Source: Macrostomum lignano
Taxonomy: Eukaryota
Direction of reading: 5' to 3'
DNA length: 64,000 nt
Assembly: GCA_002269645.1 (NCBI GenBank)
Contig: NIVC01000592.1
Coordinates: forward strand, 248,001 to 312,000
The notes under the pieces were generated by a model that searched no databases, was not told the DNA's origin, and saw only the letters and a program-made list of their open reading frames with translations. Position 1 is the stretch's first letter. Each line of letters opens with the position of its first letter. This document shows, piece after piece, positions 34,161 to 46,345 of the stretch. The position numbers were made by a program, and so were the translations under genes.

Positions 34161-35234
34161 TTCAAAATTCAGAAAAAAGCAGTCACAATGAGCAGAAAGC
34201 GTTTCTGCTTGATAGACTTGGCCAAGCTCCATTGTGAATACAAATGAAAATTGGAAGTTTCGGTGTCCCTAGCAACAGTAGACTCGGACACGGCACCTTC
34301 ATAAATTATATTTGAATACATGCCACACGCCAGTGGTACAGGATATGTGCTTGCTTTTACAGCCTTCTACGCACAGTAAAACAAAGGTGGCAATGCACTG
34401 AAAGCAGCGCAAGCAATGGTCAAGCCGGCCCACGGATTGAGAGGCGGATTAGTCTAAGCATAACAATAATAATAATACATAGATATTAAATAGCCAATAG
34501 GGAGAGGAATGTACAGCGTGGACTTGAGTGCAGCAGGAATCGGTTTCATTTAGCAATGGTATATATTATATATATATGCTTTCTTCCGCGTGAGAGTAAA
34601 AAAATACCAAAAAGACTGCAGTGTTTGCAATTGAGAAATACAGCTTACACCATGCGTGCGCGTGTGTGGATATCAGCAACTATTGGCCCGGCACTGGAGC
34701 GAGTTAAGAGGGAGAGAAAGACCGATTTAGATTGAAATAATAACAGTGACAGTTGAGAGACAGATTGAGAGTTGAGACTAGAGACAGGAGAATGTAGAAG
34801 ACGGCTGAGATTAGACGTGGGCCGACTGCAGGCGGGCAGGTTACTAACAGAGTTGTGAGAATGTGAGAAAGGAGAATGGAATGTGCGGGGATGCGATCCG
34901 GGGAAGAGAGAGGGGGTTGATTAAAGAAAATGCTTGTGAAAGACGACACAGACGCAGATGGGCACAGGCATGCGAATTGAATTGAAGTTGCAGTAAAACA
35001 GCGCAAAAACAGACAATCGGATACAAATTTACTGAAGAGGGCGGTGACACAGTTACTACTGCACAACAGCGATATTAACTGGATAGCGCAAAACTTTGTC
35101 TCCGAAGGACATTCCAACCATTTTTTATGCAGTTGCAAGATTTAGCTGTACGGCACCTCTGCACAATCTGTATTAATCTGTATCAGGATATCCCTGCTTG
35201 CTTTAGTCTATAGTAGCGTGTACTGTAAACACAA

Positions 35235-35790
35235 CACTGCTTAGTCTGTAGCATCCTGTACACAGAACACTGCTTAGTCTGTAGCATCCTGTACACAGAA
35301 CACTGCTTAGTCTGTAGCATCCTGTACACAGAACACTGCTTAGTCTGTAGCATCCTGTACACAGAACACTGCTTAGTCTGTAGCATCCTGTACACAGAAC
35401 ACTGCTTGGTCTGTAGCATCCTGTACACAGAATACTGCTTGGTCTGTAGCATCCTGTACACAGAACACTGTTTAGTCTGTAGCATCCTGTACACAGAACA
35501 CTGCTTAGTCTGTAGCATCCTGTACACAGAACACTGCTTAGTCTGTAGCATCCTGTACACAGAACACTGCTTAGTCTGTAGCATCCTGTACACAGAATAC
35601 TGCTTGGTCTGTAGCATCCTGTACACAGAACACTGTTTAGTCTGTAGCATCCTGTACACAGAACACTGCTTGGTCTGTAGCATCCTGTACACAGAATACT
35701 GCTTGGTCTGTAGCATCCTGTACACAGAACACTGCTTAGTCTGTAGCATCCTGTACACAGAACACTGTTTAGTCTGTAGCATCCTGTACA
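35235..35790. repeat. 33 bp minisatellite (CTGTAGCATCCTGTACACAGAACACTGCTTAGT) just 3' of the Shroom stop codon
   Basis: Tandem units seen directly. Confidence 0.96.
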
Positions 35791-35874
35791 CATAAGTCTT
35801 GTAAACTATTTTGAATGCCGCATCCTGCAACAGCAAAGCTCTCACTAAGAAAAGCCGCCAGTCAGTCACGCCGC

Positions 35875-38038
35875 TCACGAGGCCGGGCCGCCCGCCTGCT
35901 GCAGCTGCTGCAGCGCCTCCAGCTGCTCCTCGGCGCAATCCAGACGGTCCCGCATCGCCTCCTCCTCGCCAGCCAGGCTGAGTCGAAGCTCCAGCGCCGA
36001 GCGGCACTCTCTCAGCTCCCGACCTTCGAGACGCCGGTCCAGGGCGGCCAGCAGGGCTCGCTGATTGCGCATCGCCGATTCGCCCAGCCGGTCGGCCTCG
36101 GCCAGCTTAGCGTCGAGTTCGGCGCCCCGCCTGGCCAGCTCCCGGCGCTCCGGGTCGTCCGGGTCGGCCGGTGCCGAGTCCAGCGCGTGCTCAATGCGCA
36201 GCCGCCGCCTGTCCAGCTGGCAGCGCAGGCGGACCATCGGGCCGACGCGGGCCACATACCGATCGAAGGCGTCCAGTTCAGTGGCGTCGCAGCCGCGTTC
36301 AGCCAGGAGGCCGCGCCATCGGCCGCGCAGCTCGGCGTCCAAAGCGGCGAGTTCGTCGCGCAGTTCGGAGCGGCTAAGGCGCAGTTGGCCGAGCTTCTCG
36401 GAGATCGACTCCGAGAGTTGTTCGCGCCGCCTAGCCAGCTCTTCGGCGTCCAGGTCGGTGTCCGCGTCCGCGCTGGCGGCATCAACGACTGCGGCCGCGG
36501 CGGCAGCAGCTTCAGCGGCGGCTCGGCGCTGCCGCTCCAGGGCGATGAGCATCGGCTGCTGCCAGTAGGGCGAGGCCAGACCCAGAGCGGTGGGTGACGT
36601 GGGCGTCGACAACGGCGAAGTAGTCGGCGTCGGAGTCGACAGCGATGCGGCCGAAGCGATAATTGCAGCGCTGCCGTTGGCGCCTGCCGCGGTTTCGACG
36701 TCAGTGTCATCCTCCGAGGAGTCGAGCGTGGCCAGAGGCGCAGTGTTTGCTGCGCCTGGCGCCGGCGACGTGACGGCGCCGCTGTCACCGTTTTGCTGCG
36801 ATCGCCGTTTTGCCGACTGTTGCGGCGAATTCGACGTAGACGGCTGGGGAGGCGGAGGCTGCGGCGTCTGCGGCTGCTTGAGCGGCAAGGTGGACACGTC
36901 GGGCGGGGGCGGCGTCGACAGGTCGTCTGGGGCTGCCGAGTTGGGCGCGGGCGATGGCGCGGGCGCCGAGTCGGAGGGAGTCGGGGGCGCGGAGGCTGCG
37001 GAACTGGTTGGCAGCGGCGATGTCGACAGGGCAGAGCCGCCAAAGTCCGAGGAGGCCGGCCGGGCAGTGGTGACGGTGGTGGCGGCGGCGGTGGTAGGAG
37101 GCGCCTCTGAAGCCGCGCTGCGGGCGGCGGAGCGCAGCTCCTGGTCGAACGCGTGGCGAAGGTCGCGGAAGGAGGACGGGCTGGCGCCGTTTTTATTATT
37201 GCCGTTGCCGCTGCGCTCGAATCGGCGCGACAAGTCCGACACGTGGCCGCGCGGCGTTTCTGGGGCGGCTGCGCCACCTCGCACCCGCGGGTTGCCGCCG
37301 CCGCTGCGCTCGAAGGAGGAGACGAACTCGCGGACGTTGGGAATCTGGCGCTCATTGATCACCTCGGCGTTGGCGAGGCTGCCGCTGGGAGCTCCGGCCG
37401 GCGGCTGCTGCATGACGGCGGGGCCGCCGCTGCCGGACAGGGGCAGTTGAAGAGACGGCGATGCCACCAGTCTGGAGATGCCGCCGCTTCCAACGCCGCC
37501 AGCAGTGAATAAGGCGGACCTCGGCGGCGGCGAGGACAAAGTGTGCCGGTGCTGCTGCTGCTGCTGCAAGCCGTACTGGCTGTCCCGGTTCTCGATCCTG
37601 CAGCAGAGGAGAAGTTCAGACAGAGTAGGTTTTTTGGTAAACTCTTCTTCAGCTGATAGTTCTGCTTCAATTGCTTAACTGAGCCGAGTTGCGTGGGCGC
37701 CAGTTAGAGGCATCAGTTGTGCTTAACAGGCTGGTGCCGAATGAAGGTGCCTCGGGTTAAATGCAGTGAATGCGCGGAAAGGCAGGGAGGGAGGGGGGAG
37801 CGGCTCGGCTACATTGCGCTCTCTGCTTTGGGGCCGGCCCGAGTCCGAGAATTGGGCACGGCAGGCGGGGTGGCTCGGCGGCCCTCTCCCGCTCTCTCCC
37901 TGACTGAAGCAGAGTCTGGTGGCGCCGCGGCACGCTTGAAAATAAATTGACCGAAGCTGAACGAACGGAGCGAATTCTCAGAAAGAGAGAGAGAGAGAGG
38001 GGGTTGCCCCGTACAGTGGGACCCGCCGCCACTCCCGC

Positions 38039-38111
<73 letters not shown>

Positions 38112-38813
38112 CATTCTTTCTTATTGAAGCGCGAGTTTAGAAAAGAAACTTTTCTCCAAAAACAATAATCAATAAGCAGCAAAGGCAATGCAAGTTCTAT
38201 GCTATTAGCAATAAAAAGCTGCTCTATACTACAAGTATTTTTGATTCTATATAACTCTAAAACAGCATTAGTAGATGTTTCAATTTTTTTCTGCTTGGCG
38301 TTCTCAAATCTGCGCATAAGCAGAAAAATATGACAAGGTTGAATTCCTGCATGGCCAGAAATAATGTAATGTAATAAAAGGAAACAAAAGCTTTTAGTCT
38401 TTTTCCGTTCCATTTCTGCTTCGAAGGAAGGACCCGTGCCTTCAAATCTCAATTACCATTGACCGCTTCGCCCTCCCTAGCCATCCTCCCCCTACTGGCC
38501 CGCCACGAAAACAGGGAGCGGGGGACGGGTAGAAAAGAAGAGAAAAAGCAGAATATAATGAGCAGCGGAATTCCTTTCAGTTGTTGTCGACTAAGCGAAT
38601 TCTGTTAGTCAGACGCGTGTGCAGCGCACAGATTGCGTGCGGGCCTGCGGATAAGCCCTGGTCCTAGTGACAGACAGACAGACAGACAGTCAGTCAGACA
38701 GACAGACAGACAGTCAGACAGACAGAAAGACAGACAGACAGAGAGACAGACAGACAGTCAGACAGACAGACAGACAGACAGACAGAGACAGACATACAGT
38801 CAAGCAGACAGTC

Positions 38814-38854
<41 letters not shown>

Positions 38855-38909
38855 GTCAGACAGACAGAAAGACAGACAGACAGACAGACAGACAGTCAGA
38901 CAGACAGTC

Positions 38910-38948
<39 letters not shown>

Positions 38949-38975
38949 GACAGACATATAGTCAAGCAGACAGTC

Positions 38976-39016
<41 letters not shown>

Positions 39017-39019
39017 GTC

Positions 39020-39052
<33 letters not shown>

Positions 39053-39055
39053 GTC

Positions 39056-39098
<43 letters not shown>

Positions 39099-39125
39099 GA
39101 CAGACATACAGTCAAGCAGACAGTC

Positions 39126-39158
<33 letters not shown>

Positions 39159-39161
39159 GTC

Positions 39162-39230
<69 letters not shown>

Positions 39231-42200
39231 GTCAGACAGACAGACCCAGAGACAGAGAGACACGCAGATAGCGAGTAAATGCCATGCTATTGGCCTGAAT
39301 GTTAGAAGCGCCGAGAACTGTTACCTTTTAGCTACTCATAACGAATAACTAATTAGCATTATCTCACTGCAGGACATTTCCGACGTGACGCCAAACATGC
39401 TTCACGTGCTACTATAAATAGCCAAATAGGAATAAAAATGCTCCCCAAAAAGGCAACACCATGGGACTCTCGGGCAGCCTCTCTAGCAGCTCGTTAGGGC
39501 CTGCTATGTCTGAGCTTGTCAAAAATAGAGCTGAGCAGAGATTTAGCCAGGCTAATCAGTGAGGCTGGACCGAAGGCCCGGGAGAGGTGTCGGCCTAATT
39601 AACCCTCAAACACCCGCGGCGTCACGGCCTTCCCCATCCAACCCTTGCTCCATCCAGCGCCTTTGGCTACATAGCTGTCAATCATCAGCATTAGTTTTAG
39701 CTGCACAATGTCGGCGATAGATAATAGTCCTGCAGTGTGCGGCGACTCAGAGAGGCAATTTTTCTGCCCATTCTGACACCTACCATGATACCATTGCACA
39801 CGTTCAAGGTATAGCAGCGTTTAGCAAACCTTCAGGACTTTGAACACGGTGAAAAAGGTCTACGACGACTCTGCCGACTGTCATAACCCTCCTAGCCCTA
39901 ACCTAAACCCAAACCTTAACCTAAACCCAAACCTTAACCTTAACCGAAACCTTAACCTTAACCGAAACCTTAACCTAAACCCAAACTTTAACCTAAACCC
40001 AAACCTTAACCTGAAACCCAAACCTTAACCTGAAACCCAAACCTTAACCTAAACCCAAACTTTAACCTAAATCCAAACCTTAACCTGAAACCCAAACCTT
40101 AACTAAACCCAAATCTTAACCTGAAACCCAAACCTTAAACTGAAACCCAAATCTTAACCTAAACCAAACCTTAACCTGAAACCCAAACCTTAACCTGAAA
40201 CCCAAACCTTAACCTAAACCCAAACCTTAACCTGAAACCCAAACCTTAACCTGAAACCCAAACCTTAACCTGAAACCCAAACCTTAACCTAAACCCAAAC
40301 CTTAACCTGAAACCCAAACCTTAACCTGAAACCCAAACCTTAACCTAAACCCAAACCTTAACCTGAAACCCAAACCTTAACCTGAAACCCAAACCTTAAC
40401 CTGAAACCCAAACCTTAACCTGAAACCCAAACCTTAACCTAAACCCAAACCCTGGGGGGGGCTGTAGCCCTGTGGTCCAGCGCGGCGCTCTCACGAGCCA
40501 GCGGCCCAGGCTCGATTCGCAGTCACATTAATTCGCGGCTAAATAGGAATCTCGGCTTGGCTCTGTTCGTACAATTAACGGCCTTGAGGGCAACATCCGA
40601 GGCACAGTGAAATGTACATGCTTAATGATAAAAAAGTTAGGGCCGATGTACACTCCTGTGTGTGTGCCTACTCAGGGGAGTCGGCGGAAGTGCGCCAGGG
40701 TGCACACAGCCCCCCTGACTCGAATAAAAAACAAAACCCCAACCCCAACCTAAACTCAAACTTTAACCTAAATCGCAACAGTCAATTGTGTACCCGCTGA
40801 AAAGAAGCGAGCATTGGTGCCTCCGTCTCTCCGCAAGGATGCCAGGCAGAAAAGAATTCCATGTGGCCCCTAGGAACTGCAGTTGTCGGGACCTGCATCC
40901 CGGATACACAAGAGTTCTGCCTATTCGTATGCAAATATAAATAGTCAGTTTTAGGAGGAAAGCAACGGAAATCAATAGAAAACGGAGCCGCATTCAGTCC
41001 ACCTGTGAGCCATTAGGTGCAATAAAAGACTAAAAATGTTTAATCCCACGGTTGGCTGGGCTGCTGCGCTCATAGGAAATTGAAAAATGCTTTTATTAGT
41101 ACAGACGGCCGGGAGTGGATGGAGAGAAAAGCAGCCTGCCGAGGTGGTGGAAGACAAGATGAGGCCAGGCGGGAGAGAGATTAGAGAGGCCGCTGCCTAA
41201 TTAGTGTGAATTATAGTAGCCAATGAACTTTGAAATAGATCAGTAGATTCATTCAACACCTCGTAAATGAGTGCAAGAGTAGCCAGTTCATCTCCGATAT
41301 GTATCGAAACATATTTTCTACACTACGACTTGAACGGAGAAGCAGAAAGTGGAGATGGAGAAGAAGCTGAAATGCCAGTGACTCACCTCGCAGAGTCGCG
41401 AGCGCCACGTCGAGGCGGCACAGCCGGAGGCGGAGTCCCGGCGGCTCCAGCACTGGCTGAGGCCGAAGCCGCAGCCGACGGTGAAGGCGGTTTGGCTCCG
41501 CTGACAGATCTCGGCAGAGACATCTGGGCGCGCCGGATCTGCTGGGCGTACTTGTCCCGCGGGATGGTGGTGCCCGGCTCCGCCTGGCCGTTGGCCGCGG
41601 CAGACAGCGAGGCGAGAGGCTGCGCGGCCGGCCGGCTACGGGACGTTGGCGCCGTCTGAGCTGGCGGCTGCGGCTGCGGCGACGGGTAGGAGGCCGACAG
41701 CGGGCCGAATGACCTGCGGCGAGGCGGCCGAGCCGGAGGGGCAGCAGCGGCGGTGATGGATGCTGCCGACGGCGCGTCATCCAAGGAATTCGGCGACCTG
41801 AGAATGCGGATTGGAAGCAGCGGATTGTAGGAGGCGGAAAGGGGGGACACAGGGGTAAGTAATAGGAGACACTGGGGTAGGCAGTGGGAGATACTGGGGT
41901 AGGCAGTGGGAGATACTGGGGTAGGCAGTGGGAGACACTGGGGTAGGCAGTGGGAGATACTGGGGTAGGCAGTGGGAGATACTGGGGTAGGCAGTGGTGG
42001 ATGACACTGGGGTAGGCAGTGGGGGACACTAGAGTAGGCAATGTGAGACACTGGGGTAGGCAGTGGGAGACACTAGAGTAGGCAATGTGAGACACTAGGG
42101 TAGGCAATGTGAGACACTGGGGTGGGCAATGTGAGACACTGGGGTAGGCAGTGGGAGACACTAGAGTAGGCAATGTGAGACACTGGGGTAGGCAGTGGGA

Positions 42201-45200
42201 GACACTGGGGTAGGCAGTGGGGGACACTGGGATAGGCAGTGGGAGACACTAGAGTAGGCAATGTGAGACACTGGGATAGGCAGTGGGAGACACTAGAGCA
42301 GGCAATGTGAGACACTGGGGTAGGCAGTGGGAGACACTAGAGTAGGCAATGTGAGACACTAGAGTAGGCAATGTGAGACACTAGGGTAGGCAGTGGGAGA
42401 CACTGGGGTAGGCAGTGGGAGACACGCAAGGACATTCACAAAAATATAGTAAGTTCCAACAGCCATACAGCTGCCACTGAGGCTATACACCCCGAAACGG
42501 CTGAATTGCCAGCATTATCAAGCCACAAGAAATGTAAAAGCAGGACAGACAGCCCTACTGCACTACAGGTGAGAACAACAAAAAAGCAGCATACAAAAAT
42601 CGATCGTCAGTTCCAATTCCACCCAGAAGCAGAAGACAAGCCAGATGGATGAGAGACAATAAGGTGTCTGTATCACACTTGGACGCCCTCTAACTGGAAT
42701 TCCATGGCATCGGGGATTTAGCAGTTGATTGAGTGAGCTTGGGGGGGAGCGAGAGCGAGACTCCAGGTGGGGAATCAGCTAGCCAAGGGCCCAACCTGAA
42801 ATTGTAGCCGTCAATCATAAAGACTGAAGAACACTCAAACTAACTGAACTCAACTCTCCCCCCTTCTCTCTGCTGTCGACTTCTCTCACCTTGTTTGAGT
42901 GAGATCCCGCTGAGCGGGCTGGACTCTCTCTCTCGCGCTCAGCCTGGGATATATGGCCCTCTAAACCTCCAGTCTCACCCGCTGCGCCAGTCAAGCTCCG
43001 GCCACGCGCGTGTGTACAATGGATGTACACAGCTCTATAGCTAAAAATAGATACAACTATGCATATGGCTAGCCAGCTCTAATAAAGTTTTCTGAGTTGA
43101 AGTCTGCGGTGGTCAAGAAGAGAATAAGTGAGTGGAGAGAGAGAGAGGGAGAGAGTGGTCAGAGCATACAGGAAGGGGGAAAGTGCCGTGTGCCCCCCCC
43201 CCTAGGGGACAGGATTGAGAGACAATTGCGCTCAGTGTTAATAATTATAACAAGAAAGGAATGCAGCCTTTATTATTGTTTCTGCTGAGAACCGAATGAA
43301 GCAGCTCAGGGGCTTCTTAAATTCATTTTTAAAGATTTCTTAGAATAGATTTAAGCCTGCGTCTTCGCTTCCCAGAGCAGCAGCTGAAGCAAGCAAATAT
43401 TTGCAGTGCAAGTTATTACGTAACAAAGGTTTAACACGGGGGGGTTTCACAAACTCGAAATTTCACAACGTCGAAAGCACCTTCTTTCACAAGGTCGAAA
43501 TTTCGACTATTTCGACCATACGTAGAAAACTACTGTATGGTTCTTGATATATAAAATTTTCGACTTTGTGAAATTTCGAGCTTATGAAGTTTCGACCTTG
43601 TGAAAGTGGCTGCACTTGAGTTTTCGATGTTATGAAATTTCGACCTTGTGAAATTTCGACCTTATGAAATCTCTTGCTAGATTTTTCGATGTTGTGAAAT
43701 TTCGACCTTGTGAAAGTGGCTGCTATTTGAGTTTTCGATGTTATGAAATTTCGACCTTATGAAATTTCGACCTTATGAAGCCTCTTGCTAAAGTTTTCGA
43801 TGTTGTGAAATTTCGACCTTGTGAAGTTTCGACCTTGTGAAATAATTTACTTTTCGACGTTGTGAAATTTCGACCTTGTGAAAGCACCCCGTTTAACACC
43901 AACCACCCAACTCCAAAGTCCACATTGAGCGCACGCATTTTAACAAACACACACAGAGAGACTGACACGATCGCGAAATAATAATGTCAATTACGCAAAC
44001 GCGTCACTACTTATTGAGCTGGGTTGAGCAGTTTGAAAAAGAATGCGTCATGTGTTTATTTTGAACTATCCGCGTAAGGCTGGCTGGAGCTGCAGGGGGT
44101 CAAGTCTGTACTCAGCCTTATCTTGTTGCGGAGCTCTAGAGTGGGACTAGAATGCAGGCGTGAGGTCTGCGCATAAACAGACTCGCGTATATACGGTTGA
44201 CACTTCTTAAACTCAACAGGACAGACAGGGCAGAGAGTTTATATTAGATAATAAAATTTCTTGAGGTCTCTAAGTAAGAACCCAGGTGGATCATGAGATG
44301 GGATTGATAAGGGCCTGGGAATCAGGGGATGGAATTGATAAGGGCCTGGGAATCAGGGGATGGGATTGATAAGGGCCTCGGAACCAGGGGATGGGATTGA
44401 TGAGGGCCTGAGGATCAGGGGATGGGATTGATAAGGGCCTGGGAATCAGGGGATGGGATTGATAAGGGCCTCGGAACCAGGGGATGGGATTGATAAGGGC
44501 CTGAGGATCAGGGGATGGGATTGATAAGGGCCTGGGGATTAGGGGATGTGATTGATAAGGGCCTGGGGATCAGGGAATGGGATTGATAAGGGCCTGGGGA
44601 TCAGGGGATGGGATTGATAAGGGCCTGGGGATCAGGGGATGGGATTGGTAAGGGCCTGGGGATCAGAGGATGGGATTGGTAAGGGCCTGGGGATCAGAGG
44701 ATGGGATTGATAAGGGCCTGGGGATTAGGGGATGGGATTGATAAGGGCCTGGGGATCAGGGGATGGGATTGATAAGGGCCTGGGGATCAGGGGATGGGAT
44801 TGATAAGGGCCTGGGGATCAGGGGATGGGATTGATAAGGGCCTGGGGATCAGGGGATGGGATTGATAAGGGCCTGGGGATCAGGGGATGGGATTGATAAG
44901 GGCCTGGGGATCAGGGGATGGGATTGATAAGGGCCTGGGGATCAGGGGATGGGATTGATAAGGGCCTGGGGATCAGGGGATGGGATTGATAAGGGCCTGG
45001 GGATCAGGGGATGGGATTGATAAGGGCCTGGGGATTAAGGGATGGGATTGATAAGGGCCTGGGGATCAGGGGATGGGATTGATAATTGGGCCTGGGGATC
45101 AGACCAAAGCTTGTTAAGAAACATGTGACCCTTTTGAGGTGCAACATTACCAGCTCACACGGGGTCGCCCTGATAAAAGAGAAAACACTGAGGGAGACGC

Positions 45201-46262
45201 GCCACACCTGTTGACCATCGCTGACCGCGACAGCTGCTGCAGTGGCGCGGCCGTTGACTCGTCTTCCACGATGGTGGCGTCGTCGTCCTCTTCGTCCTCG
45301 GCGGGCCCGCCGCCGCCGTGGACACCATCGAGGATTTCAACGACTCCGCCGCCGTTCTCCCCAGTATCGTTGTTGTCGTCAGACGGCGAGTCGAGCAAAT
45401 CGTCGGCTGAGCCGCGTCTGGCGACCTCCGGCGGGGAGCTGCCGGCGGCGGCGGCGGCGGCCACCGCGGCCTGGATGGTGGCAGCCACGTCCGGGTCGGA
45501 AGCGCGCGCGATGAGGGGGCCGCGCCGGCTGGGGCCGCCAGAGCGGAGCGCCTGAAAAGCCAGAAAGCCGCCCTGCTGATCGTCCTGGGCAACCCGGAGA
45601 GCCCGATGGGTTTGCTGAATCTGCTGCATAGTCGGCACCATCAGGGAGCCGTGCCGCTGATGCTGCGGATTCCGCTGGTGCGGCGGCAGAGGCGGCGGCT
45701 GCTGTTTCCGCGGCTGCTGCTGAGACCGCAAAGGCAGCTGGACGCTGAATTTACGAGCCAGCTGCTGCGGCAGCGGCTGTGAGGATCGGGCAGGCAGCGG
45801 AGGCGGCGGCGGCGACTGCCTCTGGCGCTGCGGCTGCTGCGGCGGCGGCTCCTCGTGCCAGGAGGTCGGCCTGGAACTTGTTGAACTAGGCGGCATGAGA
45901 GAAGCGGCAGGCATCGCAACGGCGGTTGCCTCAGCTGGCAAGGAGACGGCTCTGTCGTGCTGCAGCTGTTGGCCACCCCGCTGGCATTGGCTGGCCAGGT
46001 CAGTGCAGTCGCCGCTGCGAATGGGAATGGGAGAAGTTTAACAAATATTCAATAAAAAACTATTCAGCTATCAGGGAAAATAACTGTGCGGGACGGACAC
46101 TGGATCAGAATTTTTTTGATTGCCCAGTTTTAATACCGCCAGAGGGGGCTGGTTCCATCAAGCCTTCCTACTGGCTGTCGCCACCCCCCCTCCCTCTCCG
46201 GCTGTGCGGCTGCATGTGAGGCGCGGACTTTGCTCTGTCCTCGCCTATCTCTCGCCAAACTG

Positions 46263-46345
<83 letters not shown>

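Noticed and set aside
39895-40452. True telomere or chromosome end
   Set aside because: The unit is an 18-19 bp derivative rather than (TTAGGG)n, and it sits inside a Shroom intron.
40785-40805. ACCCGCTGAA resembling the 5' end of 28S rRNA
   Set aside because: Only about 10 nt match, with no further rRNA similarity.
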